Positions 1 through 14,195 are shown, counted from the first letter of the stretch. The stretch: DNA of 64,000 bases from Octopus vulgaris (GCA_951406725.2 OX597815.1:57226001-57290000), one strand, 5' to 3'. Made by a program: numbers and translations. The notes: generated from the letters alone by a model not told the origin.

Positions 1-588
1 CTCGAAAAAAGGTCGACAGAAATCTCTACAAAAATTCCATTATTACCATATCGGACCGATTTCAGGGTTAGTTCAAAAAGAACCCTCCCTTCGTCAGTGA
101 TACATGTGGCAAAGAAGTAAATGAGATACTTGCTCATACCCATGGAAGAAGCAAATACTAAGTCATGAGCACAACTAAGTACCCCAAATAAATCCAATAT
201 ATTAATTTGTGTGTGTGTGTATGTTTACACCCATACTTATATAGAATATATGAAGCATAGAAAATAAATTAAAATTTCTATCTATCAGATTTTAAAAATT
301 ATTATGGGTCACAAATCTAAAGGTGAGTAGTATACCACTGGTATTTAATTTACTATTTCATTAGCATTGAAATTATCCTAATATATTGCTCATACTTGTC
401 CTAATATATTGCTCATGACTTACATGCAATGAAAAATGAAGTCAACATTGGTGAGATTTTTAATCTGAATGTAAAAGGATGAAACTAAATACACAAGACG
501 TTTTTTCCAGAAATCTATTGTTTCAGGTATTACACTTCTATCTTTTGGGGATTAACATTATAAGGATTTTTTTTTATATTACCATCAG

Positions 589-724
589 AGCCTATTAACA
601 GAGAAATGGAGACATATGGAGTTATTAGCTGTTGAAAACTGTCAGCTTCACCCTGATCATAATGTTCTTGAGGTTGGTTTTGGACCAGGTATTGGACTTC
701 AAGCAGCCTACAATATAATTAAAA
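589..724 (+). CDS. Internal exon of a class I SAM-dependent methyltransferase (Methyltransf_11/25, YdaC-like)
   Basis: T-rich tract plus CAG acceptor ending at 588 and GTAAGT donor at 725. Translation SLLTEKWRHMELLAVENCQLHPDHNVLEVGFGPGIGLQAAYNIIK contains SAM-binding motif I (VLEVGFGPG). Ends in phase 1. Upstream exons not identified in the window. Confidence 0.85.
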
Positions 725-844
725 GTAAGTCTACTTTTAGCTATCTTAAAAGAATCTCTTTTTATCTTGTTTTTATTATCACCACCACCGCCACCATTAT
801 TATTATTATTATTATTGTTATTATTATTATTATTATTATTATTT

Positions 845-1050
845 AGTGAGCTGGCTGAAACATTAGCACGCCAGGCAAAATGCTTAGTGGCATTTCATGT
901 CTTTATGTTTAAGTTCAAATTCTGCCAAGGTCAACTTTGCCAATTCATCTTTTCAGGGTCGATAAAATAAGGACCAGTTGAGTACTGGGTTAAATGTAAT
1001 CGATTCAACCACTCCCCTAATCTTGCTGGCCTTGTGCCAAAATTTTAGAT
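845..1050 (+). mobile_element. SINE, diverged copy of the family at 10564
   Basis: gagctggctgaaacattagcacgcc...gttcaaattctgccaaggtcaactttgcc...gggtcgataaaataa aligns with 10564-10795; flanked by (ATT)n. Confidence 0.7.
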
Positions 1051-1099
1051 TATTATTATAATTATAATTGATTTGAATCAGATTCAGTCTTATTCCTGG

Positions 1100-2010
1100 T
1101 AGAATGTGGATAGCAGGTTACTACCAGTAACCTTAGATATCCAGGAGCTTTCAATAGTCTTTCAAGTGCTTAGAATACACCTGATAATCTTTCCTGTCTG
1201 TAAGAAGCAAACTTTCTGTAGAAGCTCTATTCAAATCTCATTCAACCATTTGTCTATACCTTTGCTTACAGTTTCCAATGCACCAATCATTATCATCATC
1301 ATTATTTAGCACCTGCTTTCCATGCTGGCATGGGTTAGACAGTTTGACTGAAACTAGTAAACTGGAGAGCTGCTCCAGGTCCCAATCAGATTTAGCATGT
1401 TTCTATGGCTGAGCACCCTACTCCAATAGTGTAATGGGTGCTTTTGCACTTCTTGCATCGATGGTAAACCAGGGGTCATTTTCAAATAATTTTCAGTTTC
1501 TTTTTTTGATCATTCCAAGTTCTACAATCGCTGGTATCATAGCCACTTTGAGAGGCCACATTTTTTCAATTTCAATGAACAAATCTTTATATTTTCCGAG
1601 GTTTTTTAATTCTTTTGCCGACATATTATGATCACAAAGAAGGCTGCTGTTGATCAATAAACAGACTTTATTGTTTTGGTTTTTCACAAAATATTCGGCT
1701 TATTGGTTTTGATAGTTCTATCTGTTTGTACTAAAAGTCCCAAATTATTACAGTTTCTCCCTCAGTTATGGTTTCAGGATGGTGCTTATATCATTTGTCA
1801 GTAGTTTTGATTTTATATTGCTGGTATATTAACCAGTCTAGATATTGGCCAACTCTGTCATGTCTTGATTTATACTCCACTGGTGCAAAAACTTTACATC
1901 CAGCAATTATGTGGTCCATTGTTTCAATCTCATCATTGTGGAATTGGCACTTTGGGTCAACTCCATTTTTCATCCCATTGACTTTGTTCCAGGCCAATAA
2001 GCTTCGATTA
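1100..2010 (-). mobile_element. R4/Dong-like non-LTR retrotransposon 3' fragment (restriction-like endonuclease)
   Basis: Minus ORFs show C..F....ETMDHIIAGC...RHDRVGQYL (CCHC knuckle/RHD) and KYKDLFIEIEKMW...IP motifs; decayed. Confidence 0.7.
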
Positions 2011-2288
2011 TGAAGTTTTTATTATTTTTATTATTATTGTTTTTATCTTGGACAATGAATAAAATACCTTAGTCGTTTGTTTCTCAAATATGTGGCTTCA
2101 AGTTCATTCTCACTACTTTACACCTTGAGCAAGTACCTTCTATATATAGTCTTGTGAATGAATTTAATGGACAGAAACTATACAAAGCCTGATTTGTGTA
2201 CGTACATACGTACCTACCTACCTACCTACCTACCTTCCTACCTGCATGCATGCATGCATACATACATACATACATACAGACAGACAGG

Positions 2289-2888
2289 CAATTGCCACTG
2301 GGAAAATTTCCACTGGGAACATTGTCCATGTGGGAAAATTGCCACTTGGAACATTGCCCTTGTGTGAATATTGCCACTAGGAAAATTGCTAGTGGGAGCA
2401 TTGCAACTGTAATTCAGTAAAATTTTACTTCACGCCCATCTACAATTATAAATGGAATATATGCGTGTGTATGTATGTTTGCATGTATATATACATGTGT
2501 ATGTATGTGTGTGTGTGTATGTGTGTATATGTATATGTGTGTATGTATATATATGTGTGTATATATATATGTGTGTATATATGTATGTGTGAGTATGCAT
2601 GTATATATGTGTGTGTATGTGTGTGTATATGTGTATTTGTGTGTGTACGTGTGTATATATGTGTGTGTATATGTGTGTATTTATGTGTGCATGTATGTGT
2701 CTGTGTATACTTGTGTGTGTATATATGTATGTGTATATGTGTATATATATATGTGTGTGTTTGTGTAAATATATGAGTGTATGTCTATATATATATCAGT
2801 GTGTGTATATGCATATGTATGTGTTTGCATATATGTGTGTGTATATGTATGTGTATACATGTGTGTGTGTGTGCATTATGTGAGTGTG

Positions 2889-2924
<36 letters not shown>

Positions 2925-5900
2925 CATACATGTGTATATGTGTGTATATATGTGTCTGTGTATAGATTTGTATGTGTATATATATGTGTGTGTGAATATA
3001 TATCTCAATGTATATACAAGTGTGTGTGTGTATATGTGTGGGTATATATGTGTGTATATATATGTGTGTATATATATGTGTGTGTATATATATGTGTGTG
3101 TGTGTATATATGTGTGTGTATGTATATATATGTGTGCATGTGAGTGTGTTTTATATCCTTATAATATAATGAAGCAGCGGAGAAGAAAGTATATACACGA
3201 CACACTACTATTACTACTTATTACACAAAACTCAGCACTCTGCATCAACGACTCGCAGTGAACTGCTAACAAACCTGAACTGCCAGTTGTTCACCCCTTT
3301 TTAGAATCAGTTTTCCCCTATCTTCTCCCCTCTTGAGAATTGAACACTGCTCTGAATTTTAATATCTCTTATGCTTAGGGTTCAATTCCAGTGTTTCTGT
3401 TCTTTTCTGCTAGAGCATGTAGTTTTAAATTGTTTGTGTATTGATACCTCAAACATGTCATACAATACATCCATCAGGATTACATTTCTCATGACTGTTT
3501 TTTCTGTGAATCTTTACTTAAGCTGGTTAATGTCTTTTGTATTCAATAATTTTTCCTTTTGCCAGGATTATCGTTCTTCCAATTTGTTTAATTATTACAC
3601 TGTCCTCCCAGCTTTCTTTACCATATCTATAGGTTTAAAAAAAACGGATTAGGTGTTACTTGGTACACCCTTAGAAATTGTTGGAGTGCAAAATCGTCCA
3701 TCACTTCATTGTTTGCTTTTTTCTTGAAAGTATCAACAAAACACTCCACTTGTCCATTTGACCAAGGACAATAGGGTGGAGTAGTGACATGTCCGATAAC
3801 AAACATTTTGCAAAATTTTCAAAAGTCGTCTGAGGTAAATTGAGTTCCATTATCTAACACAATGGTATTAGGAATACCATATCTGGTGAACAATTCATGT
3901 AAAAAGCTTATTGCAACCGGAGATGCACTTCCAGCTACTTTGAAAAATTATCCACCACTACAAGGTAATCTAAGCCCTTGAGTGGAACTGCATAATCAAT
4001 ATGTAGTCTGTCCCATGGAACATCTGCTTCTGGTCACAGTTGTCATTTAGTGGTAAGTGATTTTGCATGATTCCACAGATTATTCAATGTCACAGTCCAT
4101 TGTTGGCCAATATACATAACTTCTCATTAATGATTTTATTCTTGAAATCCCTAGGTGACCCATATGAAATTCCTTTAATAATTACTTTTGTAATGTGGCT
4201 GGCACTACTACTATTTGAATATACATCAACATATTGTCATATAGTAAGAAATGGTTCGCATTTGTATTAAACATATTTTTATCTCTTTTAGCCTTCAGTA
4301 TTTCTTTCATTTTTATGATGAATTTTCGTTTTCTTATCTTAATTTTATGTCTTATAAAGTAACACTTTTTATTTCATTCTCCGCTCGCAAAGTCACAATC
4401 ACAGTATCTTCAAATAGTTATGAATTTTTTAAAAACAGTCTCAATAGACAATCTGCATGACCTAATTTCTTGGATGGTATATACTCCATCTTGAAATCAT
4501 AGTTTAATAATATAGTACCCTAGCATTGCAATCTATTAGTAGAGTGGGTATGAATTCCTTTTTTCAACCCAAATATCAATAATGGATGGTGACAAGTCTG
4601 TAGACGAAAACTTCTACTCTGTAAAAATCTGTGAAATTTTTTCATGGCAAAACTAATTGCTAGAGCTTCTTTCTCGATTTGACTATAATTTTTCTCTGCT
4701 GCTATCAGAGAACGAGGCATGAACCACTGCTTTCATGTTACCATCTTTATATTTATTGCTTCTACACCATACTCAGAAACGTCTAAAGCTACAACAATTT
4801 CCATTGCAGGATCGAAGTAATCTAACAACATATTAGATATTAATATTTTTTGACAATTTTCCAATCAATTCCTTTTCATATCTTTTTCCAACAGATTATT
4901 ACATTATGCATATTTGGAATATAATTTTGGTAATAATTTGCTAATCCTAAAAATACTTGTAAGGTCACTATATTAGTCGAAGGGTTGATGTCCATTTCTG
5001 TCAATGATTTGTCTTAAATATCCTATTTCCAAGAAAAATTCACACTTTTCTTCACTCAAAGTAAAACCATAATCCCTAATTTTTTTTAATTACATATTTT
5101 ACGTGCTCTATATGTTGATCCCTGGATTTGCTTTTAATGAGTATATCATTCAGATATGGAATTGCAAATTCACAGTCCGCTAACATTGCATCCATAAATC
5201 TGTTGAAAAAGAAACTGATGTGACTTTTAAACCAAATGGTAACCTGTTGTATTTATACAGTTCTTTATATGTGTCAATAGTTAGAGCATTCATTGTCTAC
5301 TCTAATTTATAGAGTAGACAATGTAAAGTAGACAGAAAGATCCAATTTAGAAAATATCTTGCCACTGTTTAATTTCACAAAAATATCTCCTGGAGTAGGT
5401 AATGGATAGTGATATGTTTTAAGACATTCGTGGAAAAATCAGTGCACACTCTGATTTTATATTCTTTTTCTTAATATACGCAGTTGGTGCTGCCTATCTA
5501 GAATATTCCATTTTTTAGATAACTTCAATTTTTTCTAGTCTTTCTAACTCTAAGTTTATCTGTTCTAACACTGCAAATGGTACCATTCGTTTCTGTTTAA
5601 ATGTTAGTATGGCCTTTCTTGTATTTGAAACAATGCCTTTATTTTGGTACACAAATCTAATTTATTGGACAGAACTTCGGGGAAAGTACTGGTGAGTATT
5701 TTCAGGCTCCTTCTACATTAATTCCAACAATTGTTGATTTTGTTGTCGTTGTTGCTGCTGCTGCTGTTGCTGCTGTTGCTGTTGTAACTGCACTACAGAA
5801 GCCAACTAGTCTCCCATTTTATAAAGATTTTTTCGTTGGTCTCATATCAAAAAAATTTTAAACGTCCAACACAAGCTTCCAATGACTCATCACCACTTTT

Positions 5901-7017
5901 ATATCCTTGTATTGGATATATGATATAACGAAGCAGAGAGGAAGAAAGTATGTACACGACACACTACTATTACTATTACACGAGACTCAACACTCTACAT
6001 CAATGATTCACAGTGAACTGCGACCAGCCCGAACTGCCAGTCATTCACAGTTCTTTATTTCATAACTGTGAGTCAGTCCACTTTAGTCACTTGTATATGT
6101 GTGTATATGTATATGTGTACGTGTATGTGTGAGCGTATATGTGTGTGTCTGTGTGTATACTTGTTTGTATATATGTGTGCATATGTATGTGTGTGTATGT
6201 GTGTGTATGCATGTGTTTGTGTATATGTGTGTGTATATGTGTTTTCATATGTGTGTGTATATATATATATATATATGTATATGCGTGTGTGTATATATGT
6301 GTGAGTGTGTACATATATATATATGTGTGCATGTATGTGTATATATATATGTATGAGTGTATGTATGTGTGTGTATATATATGTGTGTGTATATACATAA
6401 TATATGTATGTATGTATGAGCTTATGTGTATATATGTGTGAGCATATGTGTGTATATATATATGTGTGTGTGTATATATATGTGAGTGTGTGTGTATATG
6501 TGTGAGTGTGTGTGTACATATATATATGTGTGTGTATATATATATGTGTGAGTGTATATATATATATACACACACACATATACATGCACACACATATACA
6601 GACACACAGATATACAGACACATATATGAACATATATATACCCACACATATATACACATATATACATATGCACATATGTATGTATATATGCACACACACA
6701 GAGATATATATACGCACATATATATGCACATGCACGTATACACACATACATACACTCACACACATGCAGGTGTATACACTCACACATCTAAACATCCATA
6801 TACATATACTTCTATACTAACACACATATATATATATATATACACAAACACATGTATTCCATTTATAATTGTCCACACGTCTGAAAGTAAAATTTTGCTG
6901 AATACTTCCCAGTGGCAATGCTCCTACCTGGTCAGTTTCCCAGTGGCATTCTTCACACATGGGCAATGTTTCCAGTGGCAATTTTTTCTTATAGGTAATG
7001 TTCCCAGTGGTAATTAT
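2289..7017. mobile_element. Foldback/MITE-like element with ~170-bp inverted termini (2289-2466 and 6849-7017) enclosing microsatellite and a Gypsy remnant
   Basis: aattataaatggaata vs tattccatttataatt, aaattttactt vs aagtaaaattt, and repeated ccactggga vs tcccagtgg subrepeats; both ends abut (CATA)n. Confidence 0.6.
3147..6049 (-). mobile_element. Degenerate Ty3/Gypsy LTR retrotransposon with paired short LTRs (~3147-3293 and ~5896-6049)
   Basis: Direct repeats gaagaaagta(t)atacacgacacactactattacta...cagtgaactgc...gaactgccagt. PPT (aaaaagggg on minus) next to the left LTR and TGG PBS start next to the right LTR. RNase H motif AEKNYSQIEKEALAI at 4520-4720; RT and integrase remnants with many stops. 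Confidence 0.8.
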
Positions 7018-7159
7018 CCTAGAGTCCATCACTCCATCCACCCACCCGTCCATCCATCCATCCATCCATCCATACATACATACATACATACATACATACA
7101 TACATACATACATACATACATACATACATACATACATACATGCATACATACATGCAGCT

Positions 7160-8250
7160 GGGAATAAAGAATATTAGACTAGACTTAGAAAATTTGTGTC
7201 GAAACTCACTTCTTACAAGATATCCCACAATACATTTGCAGCACCAGCACTGATTCCAACATTTGGGATACTTGACTGGTCTGTAGAGGAAATCCTCTGC
7301 ATAAACATTAAAACCCACAAGATCCTGACATCAACTATGGAAGTCCACAGAAGCAATATCAACAGGCTAAGAAAAGATGAAGGAGGTAGAAACTTGATAT
7401 GAGAGCAAACAGCCTTCAAACATCATGAAGCCTCTCTCAGACAGTATCTGCTAAAGTACAGCAGCAAAAGCAAATATGTAACCTTATTGCTGAAAAGTAA
7501 AAGGAACAACATCCTATGTGCTGGTAGTGAGCTCCTCAGGAGCACACTCACTTTCTGATGACCTCCCATACAACCCCAAATCAACCAGACTAGCATACCT
7601 CAAAGAAGACCTGGATGGGGTATGCTCAGCATACCAAAAAAAAAAAAAGGCTATTCATTGGTATGTTCCCAAAAATTTGAAGAAGACTTTAAGTGTAGCC
7701 TCTCTTGGGGGTAATGCATTTGCAACCCAAGAACAGGAGATTGCTACAAAACATCTAATAAACAAATGAGACAGCAAAACTCTTGGAGCTCCAAGATGCA
7801 ATTGGAAATGTAGATTATATCATGATTCTGTGTAAGACATCACACGTGACTAGTAGCTACCCAAAAGTGTTAGACAATGCCATTCAGGAAAAAAACTATC
7901 TTGCTATTGAACACATATGCGAGCACCAACACTTGAAATATTGATGGAACATTCCCATCAAAACTTCTGTTATTATTGTTTGGGACAGACAAGAAAAAGT
8001 ATGTACCATCATAGAGGTCACCTACTCTGCTGATGAAAATATCACTTTTGAAAATCTAAGAAAAAGATGACAACTATGGACAGCTACTTTGAAACCTCCA
8101 GTTAATAAATTCACATTTATACCAACAATAACTGGTGCACTTGCAAATACCTAAGTAACAATTTAGATAAGCTGGGGGGGGGGGATCAGAAAAAAAATCA
8201 GACAGTTAAACTCACACGTTTCAAACATAATCTGTAAGGGGGCAGTGAAG
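7160..8250 (+). mobile_element. R4/Dong-like LINE fragment
   Basis: FATQEQEIATKHL and downstream RLE-like remnants; homologous to 19330-20200 on the opposite strand. Confidence 0.6.
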
Positions 8251-9286
8251 ATAAATGTGACATTGCTTATGCAAAACCTTCAAGAGTGGCAACATTTAAA
8301 GTCATCTTCAAATTGTTGGCAACATACCCATGTATGCTGAGCATTTCTCAGCCAGGACTTCTTTGAAGGATGTTCGTCTGGCAATGGAGCTTTGTGTCTT
8401 TATAAGAAACCAGGTCCTTTCTCTGAGGAAGAATTCAAATAATTAAAAATCGAAGAGAACATTCACATAACATACACATGCACACACATTCATATCTCAT
8501 TACACATTCATATCTCATATATACACATTCATATCTCCATACATACATATAAATGTATGTATGGAGATATGAATATGTATATGGATATATGTGTGTGCAT
8601 GTGTATGTTATGTGAATGTTTACATTATGCATCTCACTACAAATGGTAAACTTTGTAGACAAATTTTTGTAGACACTATTGCCCACTAGTACTGTGATTT
8701 TAATGACATTGGAAATTTTAAAAAACTCACTTGAAAATCAGTTAAGGGCTAGTGACAGGAAAGGTGTCCAACTGAGAAGCAATGTTTCAATAATATGGTA
8801 TCCACAGTTAACTCATGTTAACAGACATAAAATGAATGATCAAATACAACTAAAAAGCATCAAATATGGTGCATCAAAAAAGCATCAAATAGGAGTGGTG
8901 GATGAATAGTGAAGAGTGTACATCTTTTTAAATCTTAAGTGCAACTATTTATTGTCTACTCACTTGAAAATTGACATATGTTTATAAAATATGAATGACA
9001 ATGTAAGCTAACAAGACAGTGTGGGCCATGACATAAAGAGAAGCAGATGGTCAAATTACTAGAACAAGCATGGGAGCATCAGTGTATAGAAAGAAATATA
9101 TGATTCAAAGAGAGTATTTACAACAGAAAATAAAAAAAACCAGTTCAAGATAGAATATAAAATGAAAATGAGAGAGAGCAACAAAAAACTTGTAAACATA
9201 TGGTTGAAATTTACAACATTGGTGATATGAATATTCTCTGTAATCATTGTGAAGCTCTTAGGTTTATAAATGTAATTCTGAAGTGC

Positions 9287-9369
9287 TGAGAGAATGAGGA
9301 AGTCATGCTCTATGAATGAGAGAATGAGGAAGTCATGCTCTATGAATGAGAGAATGAGGAAGTCATGCT
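9287..9369. repeat. 30-bp tandem repeat, ~2.7 copies
   Basis: tgagagaatgaggaagtcatgctctatgaa repeated. Confidence 0.9.
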
Positions 9370-10563
9370 TTATCCATAAAAACTGAAAGGTGTTGTAGTG
9401 ACGCTACTGTGTAAGTTTCAACGCACATGCGCAGAATTGGATTACTTCCGGTTGGCCACCGGAAGTAATCCAATTCTGCGCATGTGCGTTGAAACTTACA
9501 CAGTAGCGTCACTACATGGCTCCCCCTCGAGTGCGGAGGCACGAAACAAGAAAATCGTAGTGGCTGCAGAAAACAAGATGGCTGCCGATCCCCCAGAAGA
9601 TGTGGTACACAATATGACACAGAAAATTGAAATGCAAAAGAATATATAGCATGCACAAAGTTTGTTTTTCTTTTTTGTCTCTTCATAATTGTCCAAGAGT
9701 AAAACATGAAATTGAAAAGAAAAGAAAGTCAAAAGTCTCTTGGGCCAATGAACAGTTCTGCCCGATCTGGTAATATACGGTGTGTTCGGGGCACCCGTCG
9801 ATGGCGAAGGTGGTGTTGTAGGAGTCGGTAAAGGCAAAGGTGTCTGTGTAGGTGAAAGTGTTGTCAAAGGTGCATAGGTGGGTGTGAAAACGGTGTCATC
9901 AAGAGATGAAGACGCCTCAAAATGTGCTTTTTTTAGTCGATCCACTGAAACGGTCTCCGCATGACCATTCATTTCGATGGTGAAAACCTTAGGTATGCGA
10001 GAAAGCACACGGAAAGGTCCTTTATAAGGAGAAACAAGAGGTCCCTTGACAGAGTCGTCCCGAACAAAAACATGCGACAAGTGTCCATATCCGGTGGGAG
10101 ATGAGATGGTGGAGATTGTTTCCTGGAAACCATGGGCGGAAGATTTGAAAAATAGGAACTCAGTCTGGCGACATAGGACGCCGGATCATGGGGCTGTGAA
10201 GTGTCTGGCACCAACATCGTACCAGGAAATGCAAGTGTAGTACCATACAGTAGCTCTGCAGAAGAAAAACCCAGGTCTGCCTTGACAGCAGTACGACAAC
10301 CGAGAAGCACAAATCCAAGTGACGGAAAGCACGAGGCGAGAGTTTGTCCGTTTTAGAAGACAGGGCAAACGTAAGAGGCTTGTGATCCGTATAGATCACA
10401 AAATCTCGACCTTCAAGTTGATGCTGGAAATGACAAACCGATAGATAGACCGCTAGGAGCTCACGATCAAAAGTGCTGTATCGTCGTTCAGCTGGTTGCA
10501 GTTGGCGGGAAAAGAAAGCCAGAGGTCGAGTATGATCGTTCACTGTGAGTATATCATCGACAA

Positions 10564-10795
10564 GGCGGCGAGCTGGCAGACACGTTAGCGCGCCGGGCGG
10601 AATGTTTAGCAGTATTTCGTTTGTCGTTACGTTCTGAGTTCAAATTCCGCCGAGGTCGACTTTGCCTTTCATCCTTTCGGGGTCGATAAATAAAAGTACC
10701 AGTTTCGCACTGGGGTCGATGTAATCGACTTAATCCCTTTGTCTGTCTTTCTTTGTCCTCTCTATGTTTAGCCCCTTGTGGGCAATAAAGAAATA
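10564..10795 (+). mobile_element. Full-length tRNA-derived-type SINE with 13-bp TSD
   Basis: TSD tatatcatcgaca at 10550-10562 and 10796-10808; B-box-like gagttcaaattcc; 3' end ..gggcaataaagaaa. Confidence 0.85.
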
Positions 10796-10847
10796 TATAT
10801 CATCGACATAGGCAAACACAAAATCAAGACCGCGGACAACCTCATCA

Positions 10848-13129
10848 ATGAAGCACTGGAAGGTGCTGGTAGCATTCCGCAAACCGAAACTCATTGATGA
10901 GGTTGTCCGCGGTCTTGATTTTGTGTTTGCCTATGTCGATGATATACTCATTGCGAGCGACACACGTGAAAATCATCTCTGGCACCTTTCTCAGCTTTTT
11001 CAGCGTCTTCACGCTTATAGTGTACGCATAAATCCTGACAAGTGTGTTTTCGGACGCTCTTCTCTAGATTTTCTAGGTCATCATATTGATTCGAGTGGAA
11101 TCAGACCTCTGTCGTCCAAAGGTCGATGCCATTCAATGCATCGCACCTCCCACTTCTTTGCGCCAGCTCAGGCATTATCTAGGGATGATCAATTTCTACA
11201 GACGTTTTATTCCCGGTTGTGCAGATAAGCTACTTCCTCTCACCAGGCTATTAAAGGACACTCCTAGAAAGGACGGTCAAGTCACCCTCTCTGTTGAGAC
11301 ACTGACAGCTTTTGAGTCCATTAAGAAGGATCTAGCTTCTGTTTCTTTGCTTGCACATCCGGTTCCTGGTGCTTCTCTCTCTTTAACTGTAGACGCATCG
11401 GACACTGCGATTGGCGCTGTGTTACAACACACAGTGGACGATCATACTCGACCTCTGGCTTTTTTTTCCCGCCAACTGCAACCAGCTGAACGACGATACA
11501 GCACTTTTGATCGTGAGCTCCTAGCGGTCTATCTATCGGTTCGTCATTTCCAGCATCAACTTGAAGGTCGAGATTTTGTGATCTATACGGATCACAAGCC
11601 TCTTACGTTTGCCCTGTCATCTAAAACGGACAAACTCTCGCCTCATGCTTTCTGTCACTTGGATTTTATTTCACAATTTACTAGTGACATTCGTCACATA
11701 CCTGGAAAAGAGAACGTTCCTGCTGACGCTCTCTCTCGCCTTCCAGTCTGCGCTCTTTCGTCTCCTGCTACTATCGACTTAACTGCCATTTCGCAGGAGC
11801 AGCCACCTTTTGGCGTCGTTAAACTTAACTTCGCTTAAGTTCTCCTGTTGCCAGTTTGCCTATCTTCCGCTTCCGTCAGCCGAAGGTACCATTCTTTGTG
11901 ATACTTCCACTGGTTCTCCCAGGTCACTCGTGCCTGAGAATCATCAACGCTCAGTGTTTGAGGCACTGCACTCCTTATCACATCCTGGCATCGCTGCTAC
12001 CCTTAAGCTTATCACTGCTCGGTTTTTCTGGCCGAATATGCATCGTACTATTACTTCTTGGACACGCACTTGCTCCAAGTGTCAACGGTCCAAGATTCAA
12101 CGGCACGTTCGTGCCCCGCTTGGACATTTTCCCCCTACGGAGGCCCGTTTTCGCCATGTCCACATTGATCTGGTTGGACCATGGCCTGTGAGTCGCGGGT
12201 TTTCTTATCTTTTAACTTGTGTCGATCGTTTCTCCCGTTGGCCAGAAGCTATTCCGATAGCAGACATTTCTGCTGAGTCTGTTGCTTGAGCCTTTGTTTC
12301 TAACTGGATTTCCCATTTCGGAGTTCCGTCCAGATTGACTACTGATCGTGGACGTCAGTTTGAAGCTTCATTATTTCGTGAATTGTCGCGCATTCTAGGT
12401 GTGCATCATATTCACACTACCAGTTACCATCCAGCGTCTAATGGATTAGTTGAACGGTTCCATAGACTGCTCAAGGCCGCTCTTCGTGCCTCTTCAGATT
12501 CACAGTCTTGGACTGAATTTCTGCCAATTGTGCTTCTCGGTTGTCGTACTGATGTCAAGGCAGACCTGGGTTTTTCTTCTGCAGAGCTACTGTATGGTAC
12601 CACACTTGCATTTCCTGGTACGATGTTGGTGCCAGACACTTCACAGCCCCATGATCCGGCGTCCTATGTCGCCAGACTGAGTTCCTATTTTTCAAATCTT
12701 CCGCCCATGGTTTCCAGGAAACAATCTCCACCATCTCATCACCACCGGATATGGACACTTGGTCGCATGTTTTTGTTCGGGACGACTCTGTCAAGGCCAT
12801 CTGTTGTTTCTCCTTATAAAGGACCTTTCCATGTGCTTACTCGCACACCTAAGGTTTTCACCATCGAAATGAATGGTCATGCGGAGACCGTTTCAGTGGA
12901 TCGACTAAAAAAAGCACATTTTGAGGTGTCTTCATCTCTTGATGACACCGTTTCCACACCCACCTATGCACCTTTGACAACACTTTCACCTACACAGAGA
13001 CCTTTGCCTTTACCAGCTCCTACAACGCCACCTTCGCCGTCGACGGGTGCCCCGAGCACACCGTATATTACCAGATCGGGCAGAACTGTACATTGGCCCA
13101 AGAGACTTTCAAAAACAATTTATATTTGA
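10848..13129 (+). pseudogene. pol: Gypsy pol (RT-RNaseH-integrase), frameshifted
   Basis: ORFs 10848-11228, 11086-11838, 11810-12289 and 12335-13129 are successive pieces of one pol. Confidence 0.9.
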
Positions 13130-13898
13130 CTTTCTGTTCTTTTCAATTTCATGTTTTACTCTTGGACAATTGTGAAGAGACAAAAAAGAAAAACAAATTT
13201 TGTGCATGTTATATATTCTTTTGCATTTCAATTTTCTGTCATATTGTGTACCTCATCTTCTGGGGGATCGGCAGCCATCTTGTTTTCTGCAGCCACTACG
13301 ATTTTCTTGTTTCGTGCTTCAGCACTCGAGGGGGAGCCATGTAGTGACACTACTGTGTAAGTTTCAGCTCACATGCGCAGAATTGGATTACTTCCGGTTG
13401 GCCACCGGAAGTTTTCCTTATGCGCATGTGCAGGAACTGAAACCTAAAAGCCTGACCGCTAATTCAAGTCTTTCTGGCATGAGCAGCACTAGCGGTCGGA
13501 CGTGGCTTGACTTTCACTCAGAGAAGCTCACCCCAACGAAGCGGGAGCGAACCGACGAATCGTCTTGACTCACAACAAGAAAGCATCGCAACCAGTCCTG
13601 CGGATTCGGCTGCCGGCTTTCCTACTAGAGATACACGTGCATTAGTTCTTACCTGTAACCGAGAATAAACCACCACTGTTGTCGAAGACCGCCTGACTTT
13701 GTCTCCGTTTATTCAACTTAAATTGTATGTGACAAGATCAGATCGGACACCCCTCCAGTGTTCCTGAACTCTCATCCTGTTACAGTGTTTTTAAACGAAA
13801 ATAATGCAGAATATACAATTTATAAAGGAGCTCTAATTTTTATGACTCTTTTACCAAGGAATTTCCATGGATTTATCAATATAAGTTTATCAATCTTA

Positions 13899-14145
13899 TC
13901 TCTCTATATATAAAACTGAGAATGTGTGTCTGTCTGTCTGTGTGTTTCCTTAAAACTTGAGAACTACACAACCAATTTCATTCAAATTTTACACATGCCT
14001 TACTTAGGGTCCATGTAGTGTCATGGGCAAAAAAATGTTTAACTTCTTTGCCTAGAGCGAGCCCACAGCAATATCATATCTTCTCCACTATTTTAGTATT
14101 ACGTGATAAAAGTGAAACAAAAAATCTCTCCACTGTATGTATATG

Positions 14146-14195
<50 letters not shown>

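Larger units (their letters stand above)
9394..13784 (+). mobile_element. Young Ty3/Gypsy LTR retrotransposon, internally rearranged (5' part replaced by an inverted copy of 3' sequences)
   Basis: TG...CA ends with GTGT TSD (9390-9393 and 13785-13788). RT YVDD at 10932-10943, RNase H (DASD, YSTFDRELLA), integrase HHCC and DDE, YKGPF motif, PPT gagggggag at ~13328, 3' LTR 13340-13784. Frameshifts and a stop at 12287-12289. Confidence 0.92.

Noticed and set aside
725-846. Hydrophobic poly-Ile tail of ORF 616-846
   Set aside because: Intron read-through into (ATT)n after the GTAAGT donor.
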